From NCBI GenBank assembly GCA_951406725.2, contig OX597818.1, positions 9,052,001 to 9,116,000 on the forward strand: 64,000 nucleotides of DNA. Reading direction: 5' to 3'. Position 1 is the stretch's first letter. Every line of letters starts with the position of its first letter. Position numbers and translations under genes: made by a program. The stretch is from Octopus vulgaris (taxonomy: Eukaryota). Positions 1 through 12,180 of this stretch are shown piece after piece. The notes under the pieces were generated by a model, which made no database searches, was not told the DNA's origin, and saw only the letters and a list, made by a program, of their open reading frames with translations.

Positions 1-99
1 TTCACAGGATCAACTTTTAAATCATGCATACATATTTATACACATAGAATATTCCAGTTATCGTACACGTACATTTGTTTGAGCCACTGCGTCTCTATG

Positions 100-100
<1 letters not shown>

Positions 101-132
<32 letters not shown>

Positions 133-260
133 CATAGGTACATATATAAATATACACACATATACGTGTATGTGCGTATATATATATATATACATATATA
201 CACATATATATGTAAATCTCTCTTTCTCTCTCTATACCTCTACACAAACACACACGCACG

Positions 261-292
<32 letters not shown>

Positions 293-304
293 AAGATAGA
301 TAGG

Positions 305-367
<63 letters not shown>

Positions 368-395
368 TTAGATAGATAGATAGGTAGGTAGGTAG
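101..395. repeat. compound microsatellite (TA)n/(CA)n/(GATA)n
   Basis: Directly visible; GATA run at about 295-390. Confidence 0.95.
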
Positions 396-729
396 AATAC
401 GTGTGTCTTCGTGTGTGTCCAAGTGTTTAACTACTGACAGATTCGTAGAAGCCAATTTTTTATCACCGTGCCGGGATGCTGAACTTAACATTCTCCAGAT
501 TCAGAAAGAAAGCGTGATCCAAATTGTGAGGCAGTGGAAACACTGAGGAAAGAAAAAGGATCACCTCAGGAATTCGCTGTTGTAATCTTTCTCAAATCTT
601 AAACGATGAATAGCTGAGTTAAAGTAATTTGGGACTTGGAAAGTAATATTACAATTCATTACGTCCGTTGCTATAATGATCATACCAGACATGAAATATA
701 ATTCATTCTACTGAGCTAGTTTGGCGTCC

Positions 730-897
<168 letters not shown>

Positions 898-1035
898 TAA
901 ATTCGAGATAAAATCCCTATTAGGCAAATCAAACAATGAAAAACATAAGCCAATACATAAAATTAATTAATTTATATTATTTTAAATATATATCAAAAGT
1001 ATTAAAAGTTTAATAAAAGATAAAGAGTAAAACAC

Positions 1036-1098
1036 TACGATCGTTTCATGGCTGTACAATTCGTAATAATTCGAGTTATGATAACAGTCAATCTTCAG
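1036..1098 (-). ncRNA. minimal type I hammerhead-like motif (stem I decayed) in a probable Penelope pLTR fragment (about 892-1128) lying between (TA)n runs
   Basis: Minus strand reads CTGAAGA-T-TGACTGT...ACAGCCA-T-GAAA-CGATCG-TA: core boxes, a 7-bp stem II with one mismatch, and a palindromic stem III (ACGATCGT). Stem I pairing is poor. Confidence 0.55.
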
Positions 1099-1124
1099 AT
1101 TAATTGAAATATTTATCTTAGCGA

Positions 1125-1174
<50 letters not shown>

Positions 1175-1308
1175 TTTATATTGCATAGAGGGCATTATTA
1201 CACATAAATGCCGCACGCTAGGAGGGATTCTTAAAGTCATAACTACCAAATATAAACAAATCGTACCGAATGCAATTCTCGAAGCGAGTCATTTAAAAAC
1301 AGAATTTA

Positions 1309-1372
1309 GCTCCAGATCATCTGTGGTTTCGCAATTAACGCAGTATCCGCGTCCCTTGCTCTTCAGTGAAGC
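1309..1372 (-). ncRNA. type I hammerhead ribozyme, copy 1
   Basis: GCTTCA CTGAAGA GCAA-GGGACGCGGATACTGCGTTAA-TTGC GAAA CCAC AG ATGA TC TGGAGC. Stem I and II pair; stem III has two mismatches. Confidence 0.75.
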
Positions 1373-1780
1373 GAATCCAAGATATATCATGAATAAACAA
1401 AAAACATCATACCCGATAGACAATCATCGCCTCCATCGTAGCATATGGAAATGTTTACCCATCATACACCTATGTAAATGGCGGGCTCTTGCGAATTGCA
1501 TTTCGGTAACAACGTGCTTCTTCGGAACAAATTTAAAAATAGGATAAAATCTTAATAAGAAATCTTAACAAGAAATTATCAAGTAGTTAGCGTGAAAAAC
1601 CTCATAAGAGGAAAAAAACTGTAATTTCTTTCTTTGAAAATATTTATTTATATTGTATAGAGGGCATTATTACACATAAATGCCGCACGCTAGGAGAGGC
1701 TCTTAAAGTCATAACTACCAAATATAAACAAATCGTACCGAATGCAATTCTCGAAGCGAGTTATTTAAAAACAAAATTTA

Positions 1781-1812
1781 GCTTCAGATCACCTGTGATT
1801 TCGCAATTAACG
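1781..1812 (-). ncRNA. hammerhead 3' half, copy 2 (truncated at the inversion junction)
   Basis: TTGC GAAA TCAC AG GTGA TC TGAAGC: perfect stem III and a perfect complement to stem I GCTTCA; the CTGAAGA half is missing. Confidence 0.7.
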
Positions 1813-2083
1813 AAGTTTTCAAAGAAAAAAATTTACAGTTCTTTTTCTCTTATGAGGTTTTTCCCGCTAACTACTTGATAATTTCTTGTTAAGATTTCTT
1901 ATTAAGATTTTATCCTATTTTTAAATTTGTTCCGAAGAAGCACGTTGTTACCGAAATGCAATTCGAAAGAGCCCGCCGTTTACATAGGTGTATGATGGGT
2001 AAATATTTCCATATGCTACGATGGAGGCGATGGTTGTCTATCTGGTATGATGTTTTTGTTTATTCATGATATATCTTGGATTC

Positions 2084-2146
2084 GCTTCACTGAAGAGCAA
2101 GGGACACGGATACTGCGTTAATTGCGAAACCACAGTGATCTGGAGC
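2084..2146 (+). ncRNA. type I hammerhead ribozyme, copy 3
   Basis: GCTTCA CTGAAGA GCAA...TTGC GAAA CCAC A GTGA TC TGGAGC; predicted cleavage after C2140. Confidence 0.75.
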
Positions 2147-2391
2147 TAAATTCTATTTTTAAATGACTCGCTTCGAGAATTGCATTCGGTACGATTTGTT
2201 TATATTTGGTAGTTATGACTTTAAGAATCCCTCCTAGCGTGCGGCATTTATGTGTAATAATGCCCTCTATACAATATAAATAAATATCTTCAAAGAAAAA
2301 AAATTACAGTTTTTTCCTCTTATGAGGTTTTTCACGCTAACTACTTGATAATTTCATAAGATTTCTTATTAAGATTTTATCCTATTTTAAA

Positions 2392-2433
<42 letters not shown>

Positions 2434-2587
2434 ATGTATGTATGTGTATATATATATATATATTTTTTTTTTCAACAATTGAGGGTAAAATTAATTAATT
2501 ATTAATCAATTTCACCAAGTATTCAGTATGTAAAGGGACCATTTTCGGCGAATTCATGTGGCAAAGTAATTTATTTTACTAAGCCCT

Positions 2588-2632
<45 letters not shown>

Positions 2633-2683
2633 TATATACATATATATATATATATATTTGTATTTATGTATGTATGTATGTAT

Positions 2684-2716
<33 letters not shown>

Positions 2717-2717
<1 letters not shown>

Positions 2718-2900
2718 TTCAGTCATTAGGTTGTGGCCATGCTGGTGCTCAGCTTTGAAACGCTTAGTCGAAAAATACGTCTCAGTTCCTTGGCTGTTTT
2801 TTTTTCTTGGTAACTTGGTACTTATTCTATCGATTACTTTTTACCGAACCGCTAAGGGGATGTAAACAAATCAACACCGGTTGTCAAGCGATGATGGTAG
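2717..2900 (-). mobile_element. SINE 3' fragment (same family as 37791-38216)
   Basis: Reverse complement matches the tail motifs CTTAGCGGTTCGG, GATAGAATAAGTAC and CAGCATGGCC...TGACTGAAA. Confidence 0.7.
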
Positions 2901-3779
2901 GTGCGAAGCATATATATAAAGACGCACACATTGAAATGTATAGATAGTGCGTCAGTTTATTGAAATCATTTGTATGAATTTAGAAAAGACGAATTCCTGA
3001 TTTAAAAAAAAAATATTTTTAAAAACAGGCCGTTTCAAATATTTTTGAGAATCCTTTTATCAAACCAAATCCATTGACTCTACCGTTAGCATCAGTTACT
3101 ACTTCTATGCCAGGTCCAAAGCGTTGACATACCCGAATCAGGTAACAGTAATGAATTTTAGACGTATTGCTTTTTATGGCGTATTGAGAGATTTTAAGAT
3201 GTTATGAGGGTGCAGATTCCCCCCCCCCCTCTCTCATTCTCTCTCGATTAAATCCCATGCGTCTAGTGGATAGAAGTTTCAGATGCTATGAGGCCATGAG
3301 TTTGAAAGAACACAGTCTTTTCATGTTCTTTTTATTTGACTAAAAATGTAACTGTCAAACTATGGTTCACTCATAGTTGCGAATTCTTCACACTCTGCGC
3401 AATTAATCATTTTGCCACATCTCTTATTTTGGTGATAAATTTAGATCACTTATCTTTGTTATCTACTTTCTTTTTGCCTACATGCATATACGCTCACTTC
3501 TCTCTTTTTTCTCGAATATTTATTTGTGCATGGTATCATGTAATCTAGTGCAACTTGTATATTGGTTAGATCGTAGGTGATAGAGCAGGCTCACACAACA
3601 AGCATGCAGGCCGAACAGTTGGCCAAAACCCAACTGAAAAAAATTCAAGAGCTGTTAATTGGTAGATAAAAGCAGCATGGGATGGACTGACTTGCATCGG
3701 AGATGTTCTGCACATTTAACCAAAATGCTGGTGTCGAGAGACACGGGAAAACACACTATTATGTGGGGTTTTGCAGGTT

Positions 3780-6330
3780 GGTTAAGACTAGGATGAGACG
3801 GAAATTCTAATAGAAAACTTCTATTTATTTTTCTCACGATTCGTGTTGGTCTTTTATCACCAAATGATAGTAAAATATGTTAAGAGGGTGGCATTTAAGC
3901 TGTACAGCTACTTTCAATCCTCTTGTAACCAATACTATACAACATTGATAAAATGTATAAGGAATAAAACGAGAACCTGTTTTATCTATAGTCATCTGAT
4001 AATGTTACAAGTTGATCTATGTAAACATGGCGAGTTGAACGCTTACGATCATCATATTACTAGATAAGTAGCAGGGGATTTAAGTTTAATCGATTTTTTT
4101 CAATCTTGGCAAAATATAATGGACTCGTCTGTGGCTGAACAGTCATCTGTTCAGTGGACACTTGTAATCCCGCTTTCTGAGAAGGGGCAAAACCTGATAC
4201 CCAAAACGTTACCCTGGCTGACAGTTGTTCAATTCAATAAACACCCGCATAGAAAACTTAAGCAGAGGACGATATATCAGCAGATGTACTGAAGACTATG
4301 TAACCTTCTTAGATAGTAAAATGTCAGCACACCAGAGAGCTTTACTTCACTTGTGGTAGTAGATCTTGACCGATACAAGATAGTAATTTCTGCTTTTTCT
4401 GAAACAAGATCAACAGGGTATATTTAACTGACTGATATGGAGTGTGGATCCAGATTATTTAGGTATAGCATGAGATGAGAAAGTACAGAGCTGACTTCGT
4501 GATCAAGAAGATCTTCTTTGATAGGCAAGTTGAATTGGCATTTTATGGGAGAGAATCATTCAAATTTGCTTTCTACTCTATTTTGGGGTGTCATTGTTAT
4601 TCTGTGTATGCACCGACTTTTCACTCAACGTAAATATCTTTGTATGAGTATCATAAAACTGTTATTCCTTTCACTCCGTCTATCGCGACTGCAACATGTG
4701 GTCTAATTTAGTCCGCTTTGGGATTGCCACATTAAACAGCGGTGATTTTGTACCTGGTGTAGTTATGCTTTGATAAAGGTCTTATAAGAAGCTATAGATT
4801 TATTTAAACAAATAGAAATAAAACTAGTTTTATTTTACCTATATATATAAAAACTAGTTAATTGTTTAACATTTATATTTTAAGTGTTAGACGGCTAACT
4901 ACCTAGTACAAACAAAGCTTAAGATTTTTTGGTACAATGTTTACAGCCGATACCATGGAAGTTCAGAAATGGTGGAATATTGACAGATTACGAGACCCTA
5001 TATCTGCATTTTGTCGTAAAGTTCCAGCAAATTTATTGTCTAATATTTTACGGTCAGACTTAAACAAAATATTTACTACCATTGCCAATATCCTGGAATT
5101 CAGGAAACGCAGTTACAAAGTTAATTTTATAAAAATAACTCAGAAATATCTGAGCTCTAGACATCGCGCATAAATTTCACCGGCAATCCTTCAAGCCTAA
5201 TTTATGTAGAAATTATTGAACGGCCATAAATCTACTTTGCAGAGCAGTTAGAACTGAAGGCAATACATAATGCACGGCTGTTTGGCATATTCACACATTC
5301 TTAACTAGACATTCTCAGAAAATAACTTTCGAAAGTATTAACATTCGGTACTTGCCAATTAACCAGTGTGGGGGGGGGGGGGGTCTGACTTGAAGAAGTG
5401 AATCAACTTTAATTAGAAAGTATTCTGATGGGATGGATAGAGTATCTTGTTTTCATAACCTGCAACAGAGTATAATGGTATTGAATATCTGCTACAATCC
5501 TATGGTATTTTCTAAATAGGAAATAACGCTATAAGTGAGGAGTTCCAAATTTCCGTTGAATAGATCAACTTATAAAAATAACCTCTGAGACTGAGATCAA
5601 TTATTTAATTTCACTAACTGTAATAGGTCAATTGTTTGCAAGAACAGATCTAAGGAGAAAAGTGCCAAGAGCGGCTGTGGTAACTTACGTGAACTTGCAA
5701 TGATTGGTAGAATATTTGCTGTATATCTATGAAAGCGGCTTCACACATGCATATGACCCAGAGACTCGTTGTTTTTCAGTAATTCAATGTGGGTATTCAT
5801 CGGCGCAGAAGTTTTCCTTGGTTTACAAAAAGCCTGTGACTTGATAAAAAAATGCCCTGTAGAATATAGTGGGAAATTTTAGACGTCCATCTTATTGTTG
5901 ATATGGTATAAAGACCCTACTTTAATTCAAAGATGATCTGTTAGTACCGACCAGTAGTGTTGAAAAGGATGATACACATATGTCAACATTGTTTTCTATA
6001 TATTTGCATTTGAGATTACTCATGCATGTAAGAGCTATGATTTAGATATCATTGTCTGTTATTACATTACAGGTAAACTGTTTAATCTGAAACGCATCGA
6101 AACTAAATCAAAATTTTTCATAGCAACAGTGCGCCATTTGTTTTAAACTAAAGATTGTGTATTGGAGATCACTAGAAATAAAATATTCAGAAAGTAGTGT
6201 ACCTTTACCTGATGAGTTTACTGCTTACATTTATCCTTGTAAAAATAATGTGATGTTTACACTTCCTTAGGAGAAACGTATCTACATCAAAGTATACTTG
6301 TCCCAGTGACTATAAAATTAGAGTGCTATT
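3780..6330 (+). mobile_element. highly degenerate RTE-clade LINE
   Basis: Remnant APE N-terminus near 4300-4420 (LDRYKIVISAFSETR) and RT remnants near 5760-6160 (decayed KAFD region, GKLFNLKRIETK, decayed LLFADDC); many stops and indels. Confidence 0.5.
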
Positions 6331-6988
6331 ATCATTTTACTGGTGGCAATGAAAGAAGTGTCAGACAAGTAGCATGTTAATTTATTAAATGCTCTCTCGC
6401 TCCATTTAACTTTTGGCATTCTGCTAGCTAAAGCATCTCCAAACTGTAAATATTATATTCAAGAAGTATTTTAGAATATTTATGTTTAAATTAACGCTTG
6501 ATTCTTGTGATCAAGTTTTGTTTTACTGGACACAAGTTCCCGGGTTGGATTTTAAGTGTTTGTGTTTATTTCTGAAAAACTGGTGGCATCATTAGACTGA
6601 AAATTGGATTGTGAAAATTGTTTTCCCACTGGCTCCATTAACAGACTTTTCAGTCTCCGAATAACTTTTTAAATTTACTAAATGTTCATATGAGACCGAC
6701 AAAGATAAAATCCTACACATCATCTTCGAAGATCCTATATAATTAGTGAACGTGTAAATATGTTATAAGTTGATCGTATGTTTTAACGGACAGTCTTACA
6801 AATAGAGTGACAAATTATATGCTTCAAGATACTTAATAAGTGAATGAAGTTCAATCAGCAGTGGCAGAACACATACGTCCACTGTAACAGAAGTGACCGA
6901 CGTCTACAACATACCTTCATAATGATGATAATAATATAATGACGGCTTAACTACATATATTGCGAAAATACGCATTAAATTTGGGAAA

Positions 6989-7025
<37 letters not shown>

Positions 7026-9454
7026 ATCAGCGTATGACGACGAACCATTGATTAGTTAGTCTGATAATGTGCTTAAGTAAAAAATGCGTTTAGTCACAGC
7101 TCCTAATGGTAAACGTTTTGAAGCCACATAATTTTAATTACTTATAGCCATATACACGGATGGCAAATTCAACCCCACCACCTTGTTGCGTTAATGATTC
7201 TAGGAACTGTGTCACTGATTGTTACATCCATCAATGTTGTTAAGAATAAACACATGTAATGTTGAAAAGAAAGTAATGTTGTGTGTCGTAGATATAAAAA
7301 CATTTTGACAACAATGGAAACATCTATGTGGATTTGTGTCATTCTAATGATAACATTGAAGACTTCCTAAATTAACATTCGATCTTTTTAGAAAGGAAGG
7401 CGTTACACACTTTACCCCAACATACATGTTAATATGTTGAGAGGTGTATGATTAGAATGTTTGAATACTGTGTCAGTTTTGGCCTCTGGTTAAGGTACCA
7501 AAAAAGACATGCTGGCGTCTCCAGCGAAATCTCTCGAATGTTTTTATTGTTATCTCTCACAAGGCAGAAGCAATTGAATGGAATTGACAGAAGTTTTGTT
7601 GTTTCACTACCGAATCCCAGTAAGAATGTTCCTCAGAGTATAGATTAAATGATTTCGAACTTATGGTGTAACATTCAAGGATATTTTATTTCAATCAAAC
7701 CATGATCTTACGCTACAGTTACTTTACAGACGCATCATAACTGATTATGTTATAATAGAATGACCTGGGCAGACAAAATGCAGGTTCAGATAGGTAAGAC
7801 TATTCATAGAAATGCATTGTCGAAGACCGTAGATTCACCATTTCTAGACTTACCTTCGCCTATTACTCAGATCGTTTGTTACGCGAACCAATAAAATGGC
7901 TGTCAACTATTGACTTGACATTCGCCTTTTCATAGACAAATGTTAGATCACTTTCGACGAAAAGCAAGAGATGTTTCTTTTTATTTAGTGTATCTGCCTC
8001 TATATACAAATTGAAACAGTATATATAAGGTGAAAATTGCCCTACTATAATAAACTACCCTCGAGAATGATAAAAGAGCACCACTTTGAGAATACTCCAG
8101 AAGAATCTGTAATTTTGTTCAATTATTGGTCTTCTCTTTTTTCTTTTTAGTTTGAATTTATCGCATTTCGAGATATTGCTCCGTAGGAAATATATTTTCC
8201 TTCACTTTTCTTTCACTTTTACTCTCTTAATATGTTTGTATGCACGCGCACAGAAACAGAATCTCATGAGCGCAGAGACATATGCCCCAATAGAAAATGT
8301 CTGCACAAATACGTTATGTATGTATACATGGATTTGTCTGAGTGTGTGAATAGTACTTTCCTTGTATGCGGGAATATGTGCATGTGTGTGTGTATGTATA
8401 CGTGCGTCTACATATGTATAAGTGAAAATATATGTGAACGTGTATAATCCAGGAAAATTTCTTACTCTTTTTCTCCTTCGTTCTCATTTTTCCATCGTCC
8501 ATAGTTTCGGGTATAACAATTCTGAAGATGGATGAGCTATACGGTTAATTTGAACAAACTACTTGAAGAATTCACCGTTTTTCTTCAAGTTGTCTCTGCT
8601 ATAGTAACTTCTCTGAAAAGGTAGCATTAATTCAGGCAAAAATAATCACCTGTGAATTATGATATTAGACCAGTAGAGACAAATTAGTGGGAAACGAATT
8701 GGTCTTGAAGATTAAAGGATGGAACTAGTAAATATATCTATCAACTGACACTGTTATGCTGTGAAATAGCAAATTGCTAAGAAGTGAGTAACCAATATTT
8801 ATTGATCTTTTCTAACATCAGGAAGAAAAAGACGTTATCTGCACTATAAAATTCACGAAAGTACTTTAAAATTGTTTATAAATTTGACACGACACAAGCA
8901 GTTCATTCTATCGACATTCTTAACAACTCTATTGGCAGGTATGTGAGGCGAAAAATATAAAGAGCCTTGCCCTGTAGTTAATACATGAGAAAGAACTTTA
9001 GCCTGGAGGATAGTGTGACGTTCAATTCTGTGAAAGATACAACGTGACAAAAGTTGCATTATATCCATGAGTATGTGTCATAATGATTGTGAATTAGTAT
9101 TTAAATTAATAGAATGTTATTGTTGTTCTTTATTCTAGGTGGCCCGAGAATGAATTTACATGTGATCTTAGGTTTTTTGCCATGACCATCATACATAGGA
9201 AGCCAGTATGTGGCAGAATACTTTATTTTGTATAACAGTTTTTACTAACACGACCGTATGTGGTTTGTAGTGGATTTACGAGATTGGTTGATAAGTTCAT
9301 AGGCTGAAAATGAAGGAGTGTTGCTAGAGATGTGAAAACTTGAATGCATTAATTTCAGTCATTATTAATAAGTGTGTTGTTTCCTTCCACATAAACTGAT
9401 ATCTGACAATTCAAATATAACGCTACCTACGAGACTGTAACTTGTAGAGGCCCC

Positions 9455-9990
9455 TCTCGAAAATCGATAAACTTTGGCCTCGTGGTGTAATCAAGTACCT
9501 GTAGAAAAAGAGTTAATCCCCAAGGACATTAATGCTGTTATATATACTACATTAAGGAACTATACTCCCGCTTTATCAACAGCGCAAAAATGAGTAGCTG
9601 AATTTAGGAGGAGGAGGAGGAGGAGGGAGAGTGCTGATGATGACCCAAGGTCTGGACGTCCTGGAACTGCCACCACCAAGGATGATATTGTGTTCACGAT
9701 ATGGTGCTGAATCGCAGGCTATTCACTATAAGTCAAATTACGAATAAAGTTATTAGCATATCCCACGAGAGAGTTGAGAATATACACAATGAACTTGGCA
9801 TGACGAACGTTTCTGTTAACTGATAAAAAGCGCATCGGGCTTTTTATATCGGTGGGAAATTTGACATCGTTTCAGGCAAATCCAGCTGGTTTCCTTCAAC
9901 GTTTCCTAATCCAGAATGAGTGTTGGATTCATCACTTTGAGCCACAGACAAAGTGACGATAAATGCAGTGAAAACGTTCCTTCTAACAAA
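9455..9990 (+). mobile_element. mariner transposase 5' remnant
   Basis: Translates in pieces as RGVIKYL, EFRR...DDDPRSGRPGTATT, HNELGMT and FLQRFLIQNECWIHHFEPQTK (decayed first catalytic D motif); stops and frameshifts present. Confidence 0.8.
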
Positions 9991-10008
9991 CACACACCCA
10001 CACACACA

Positions 10009-10050
<42 letters not shown>

Positions 10051-10084
10051 TGCTCACAACACTTCACTCAATGGCGCATATTTC

Positions 10085-10300
10085 TTTATTTTTACTTGTT
10101 TCAGTGATTAGACTGAGACCATGCAGATTTTATAGTTGAATCAATCGTCCCGATTTCTTTTTCTTTTTATAAGCCTGGTACTTATACTCTCGGTCTCTTT
10201 TGATTGCCGAACCGCTAAGTTACAGGGACGAAAACACAAGAACATAGGTTGCAACGCGATGATGGTTGGGACAAACAGAGAGAGAGAGACAAACACACAA
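10085..10300 (-). mobile_element. SINE 3' fragment
   Basis: TTTACTTGTTTCAGT... and GCCGAACCGCTAAGTTAC are the reverse complement of the 37791-38216 tail. Confidence 0.7.
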
Positions 10301-10911
10301 ATGTATACATCTCTATATACATATACATATATATGTGTGTGTGTGTGTGTGCGTGTGTGTGTATATGTATGTATATATAGTCGAAAGATACCTGTTTTTA
10401 ATCTCCTGTTATTTGCATTTGTATTTGTGTACTATTTCTCCGTCTTTTTCGTCTTTGTTTTCGTATGCATTCGCTGCTTTCTTCCAAGGTATCTAGTGCT
10501 CTTAGATTAGGTTTTCCTTGGGGCTGGCCACATTGGAGCAAACTCGAGTATAACCAGCCGAAATTACAAAGAATATCTGGAACACGACTGAGAAAAGAAA
10601 ACTCCGAATGACCCTTCCTTGTTTTTTCTTGTCCCTCTTTTGTATCATCTGTCTGGATGTTTTATTGTTCCCTTTTTTATGTTATCTTACAGTCTGGATG
10701 TTTTGCGTTCTTGTAGTTTTTTGTTCTCGTGTTGGTCGTTTGCGCTAGTAAGCTATTAATTCAATTAATAAAGAAATGTGGTAGTAATGGTATTTGTTTA
10801 CAAGTTCTAGTAGTAGACGTCATAAGAATGCATAGTCATATGTAGAGGTAAGAAGAGCGAAAGACATAGAGATCCAATAGTAACGAGAATAAAGACAAAG
10901 AATGGTGAGTC

Positions 10912-11280
10912 TTACGTTAAAGTAACTTGATAATTCTGCTGCGAAGTGGATGTAGGATGGAGGTTATTTTGATCTGTAGTCCAAAGTTTAAGTAAGCGCA
11001 TATTTTCCACGTGCTTATTCTGGCTAGACTTTTCACCGGCGGTGTAATGAAAGGGGGTTAACTCTAACTCATGGCGAAAAGGGGCTATGTCTATACGGAT
11101 TAGTCAGTACGGGGTAAGGAATTATGTGTTTTTTGGACTTAAAGCTGTAGGAAATTCGTAGTAATGGAGGAAGCCCTGTGTAGGTGTAACATAATTTAGT
11201 ATAGGGTGTGTACAGCGAGTGGAGGTTGGGAGGTGAATGTTTGCGTGTAAATAGTTTAAGTGGTTCCCGGCTAAATGGGA
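10912..11280 (-). pseudogene. decayed reading frame of about 120 codons in an unclassified, probably repetitive element
   Basis: SHLAGNHLNYLHANIHLPTSTRCTHPILNYVTPTQGFLHYYEFPTALSPKNT*FLTPY*LIRIDIAPFRHELELTPFHYTAGEKSSQNKHVENMRLLKLW; both stops (TAA, TGA) are one C>T change from a sense codon. Confidence 0.3.
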
Positions 11281-11310
11281 TTATTTAGATGAAGAAGCTA
11301 GCGTAGGATT

Positions 11311-11369
<59 letters not shown>

Positions 11370-11372
<3 letters not shown>

Positions 11373-11533
11373 CATATATATACATATACATATACTTACA
11401 TACATATATATATATGTAGGTATATATATATACGTATATATATATATATATATATACATACACATATACATAGATACTCACGCTCATACACATATACAGA
11501 GCTAGCTCTATTAATCATTTGCATTTATATATG

Positions 11534-11605
<72 letters not shown>

Positions 11606-11790
11606 TAAATGCAAATGATTAGAAGCGCTAGCTCTGTATATGTGTGTGTGTATGAGCGTGAGTATCTATGCATATGTGTATGTATATATATATATATATA
11701 TATATATACACGTTTATATATATACCTACATATATACATATATATATATGTATGTAAGTATATGTATATAGTTGTATATAAATATATATA
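11370..11790. repeat. long imperfect palindrome centred on (TA)n
   Basis: ATAGATACTCACGCTCATACAC...ACAGAGCTAGC...TAATCATTTGCATTTATATATGTA (about 11470-11535) is mirrored at about 11597-11670; flanking microsatellite patterns are also mirrored. Confidence 0.85.
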
Positions 11791-12180
11791 CACAGGCACA
11801 TATATATGCACATATACGGAAAAAAAGACTATACGTAGACAAACGGGAAACTGGACAAAATCAAGATTCACGGACCATTCGCAGCTGATTTCCTCATCAG
11901 TCAAAGTGCCGAATGTCCTTGCGGTTTCGCACTTATTTATCCCTGAGATCGCTCGAATCCTGCCTTAAGCTAAAAGCATTAAGCTTCTGAAAAAAGCAAA
12001 CGAATGTATAGAAGAATGAAAACAAGAAAGCTAGAATGATGCATATACAACAGACGAATGACTTTCGATCCTACAAGTCGAAGATAATTGTACGTTTACA
12101 AATAAATAAATAAATAAGAGAGAATTTCTACTTATATACAGATACACAAACACACTCAAATGTTTATATATATCGACGTT

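Larger units (their letters stand above)
1175..2395. mobile_element. 472-bp hammerhead-containing repeat: about 1.35 tandem units (1175-1812) followed by about 1.2 inverted units (1815-2395); retrozyme-like or Penelope pLTR array
   Basis: TTTATATTG(C/T)ATAGAGGGC at 1175 and 1647 (period 472). The reverse complement of the unit runs 1816-2286 and restarts near 2289. Flanked by (TA)n on both sides. Confidence 0.85.

Noticed and set aside
1323-1547. 74-aa ORF inside the 472-bp unit
   Set aside because: Non-ATG start, antisense to the ribozyme, no recognisable domain.
1175-2395. CRISPR-like or satellite interpretation of the repeat
   Set aside because: There is no short repeat/unique spacer structure, no cas genes, and the context is eukaryotic.
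2470-2590. Possible further hammerhead between (TA)n runs
   Set aside because: Only a GAAA-side fragment is visible on the minus strand; no CTGANGA box.
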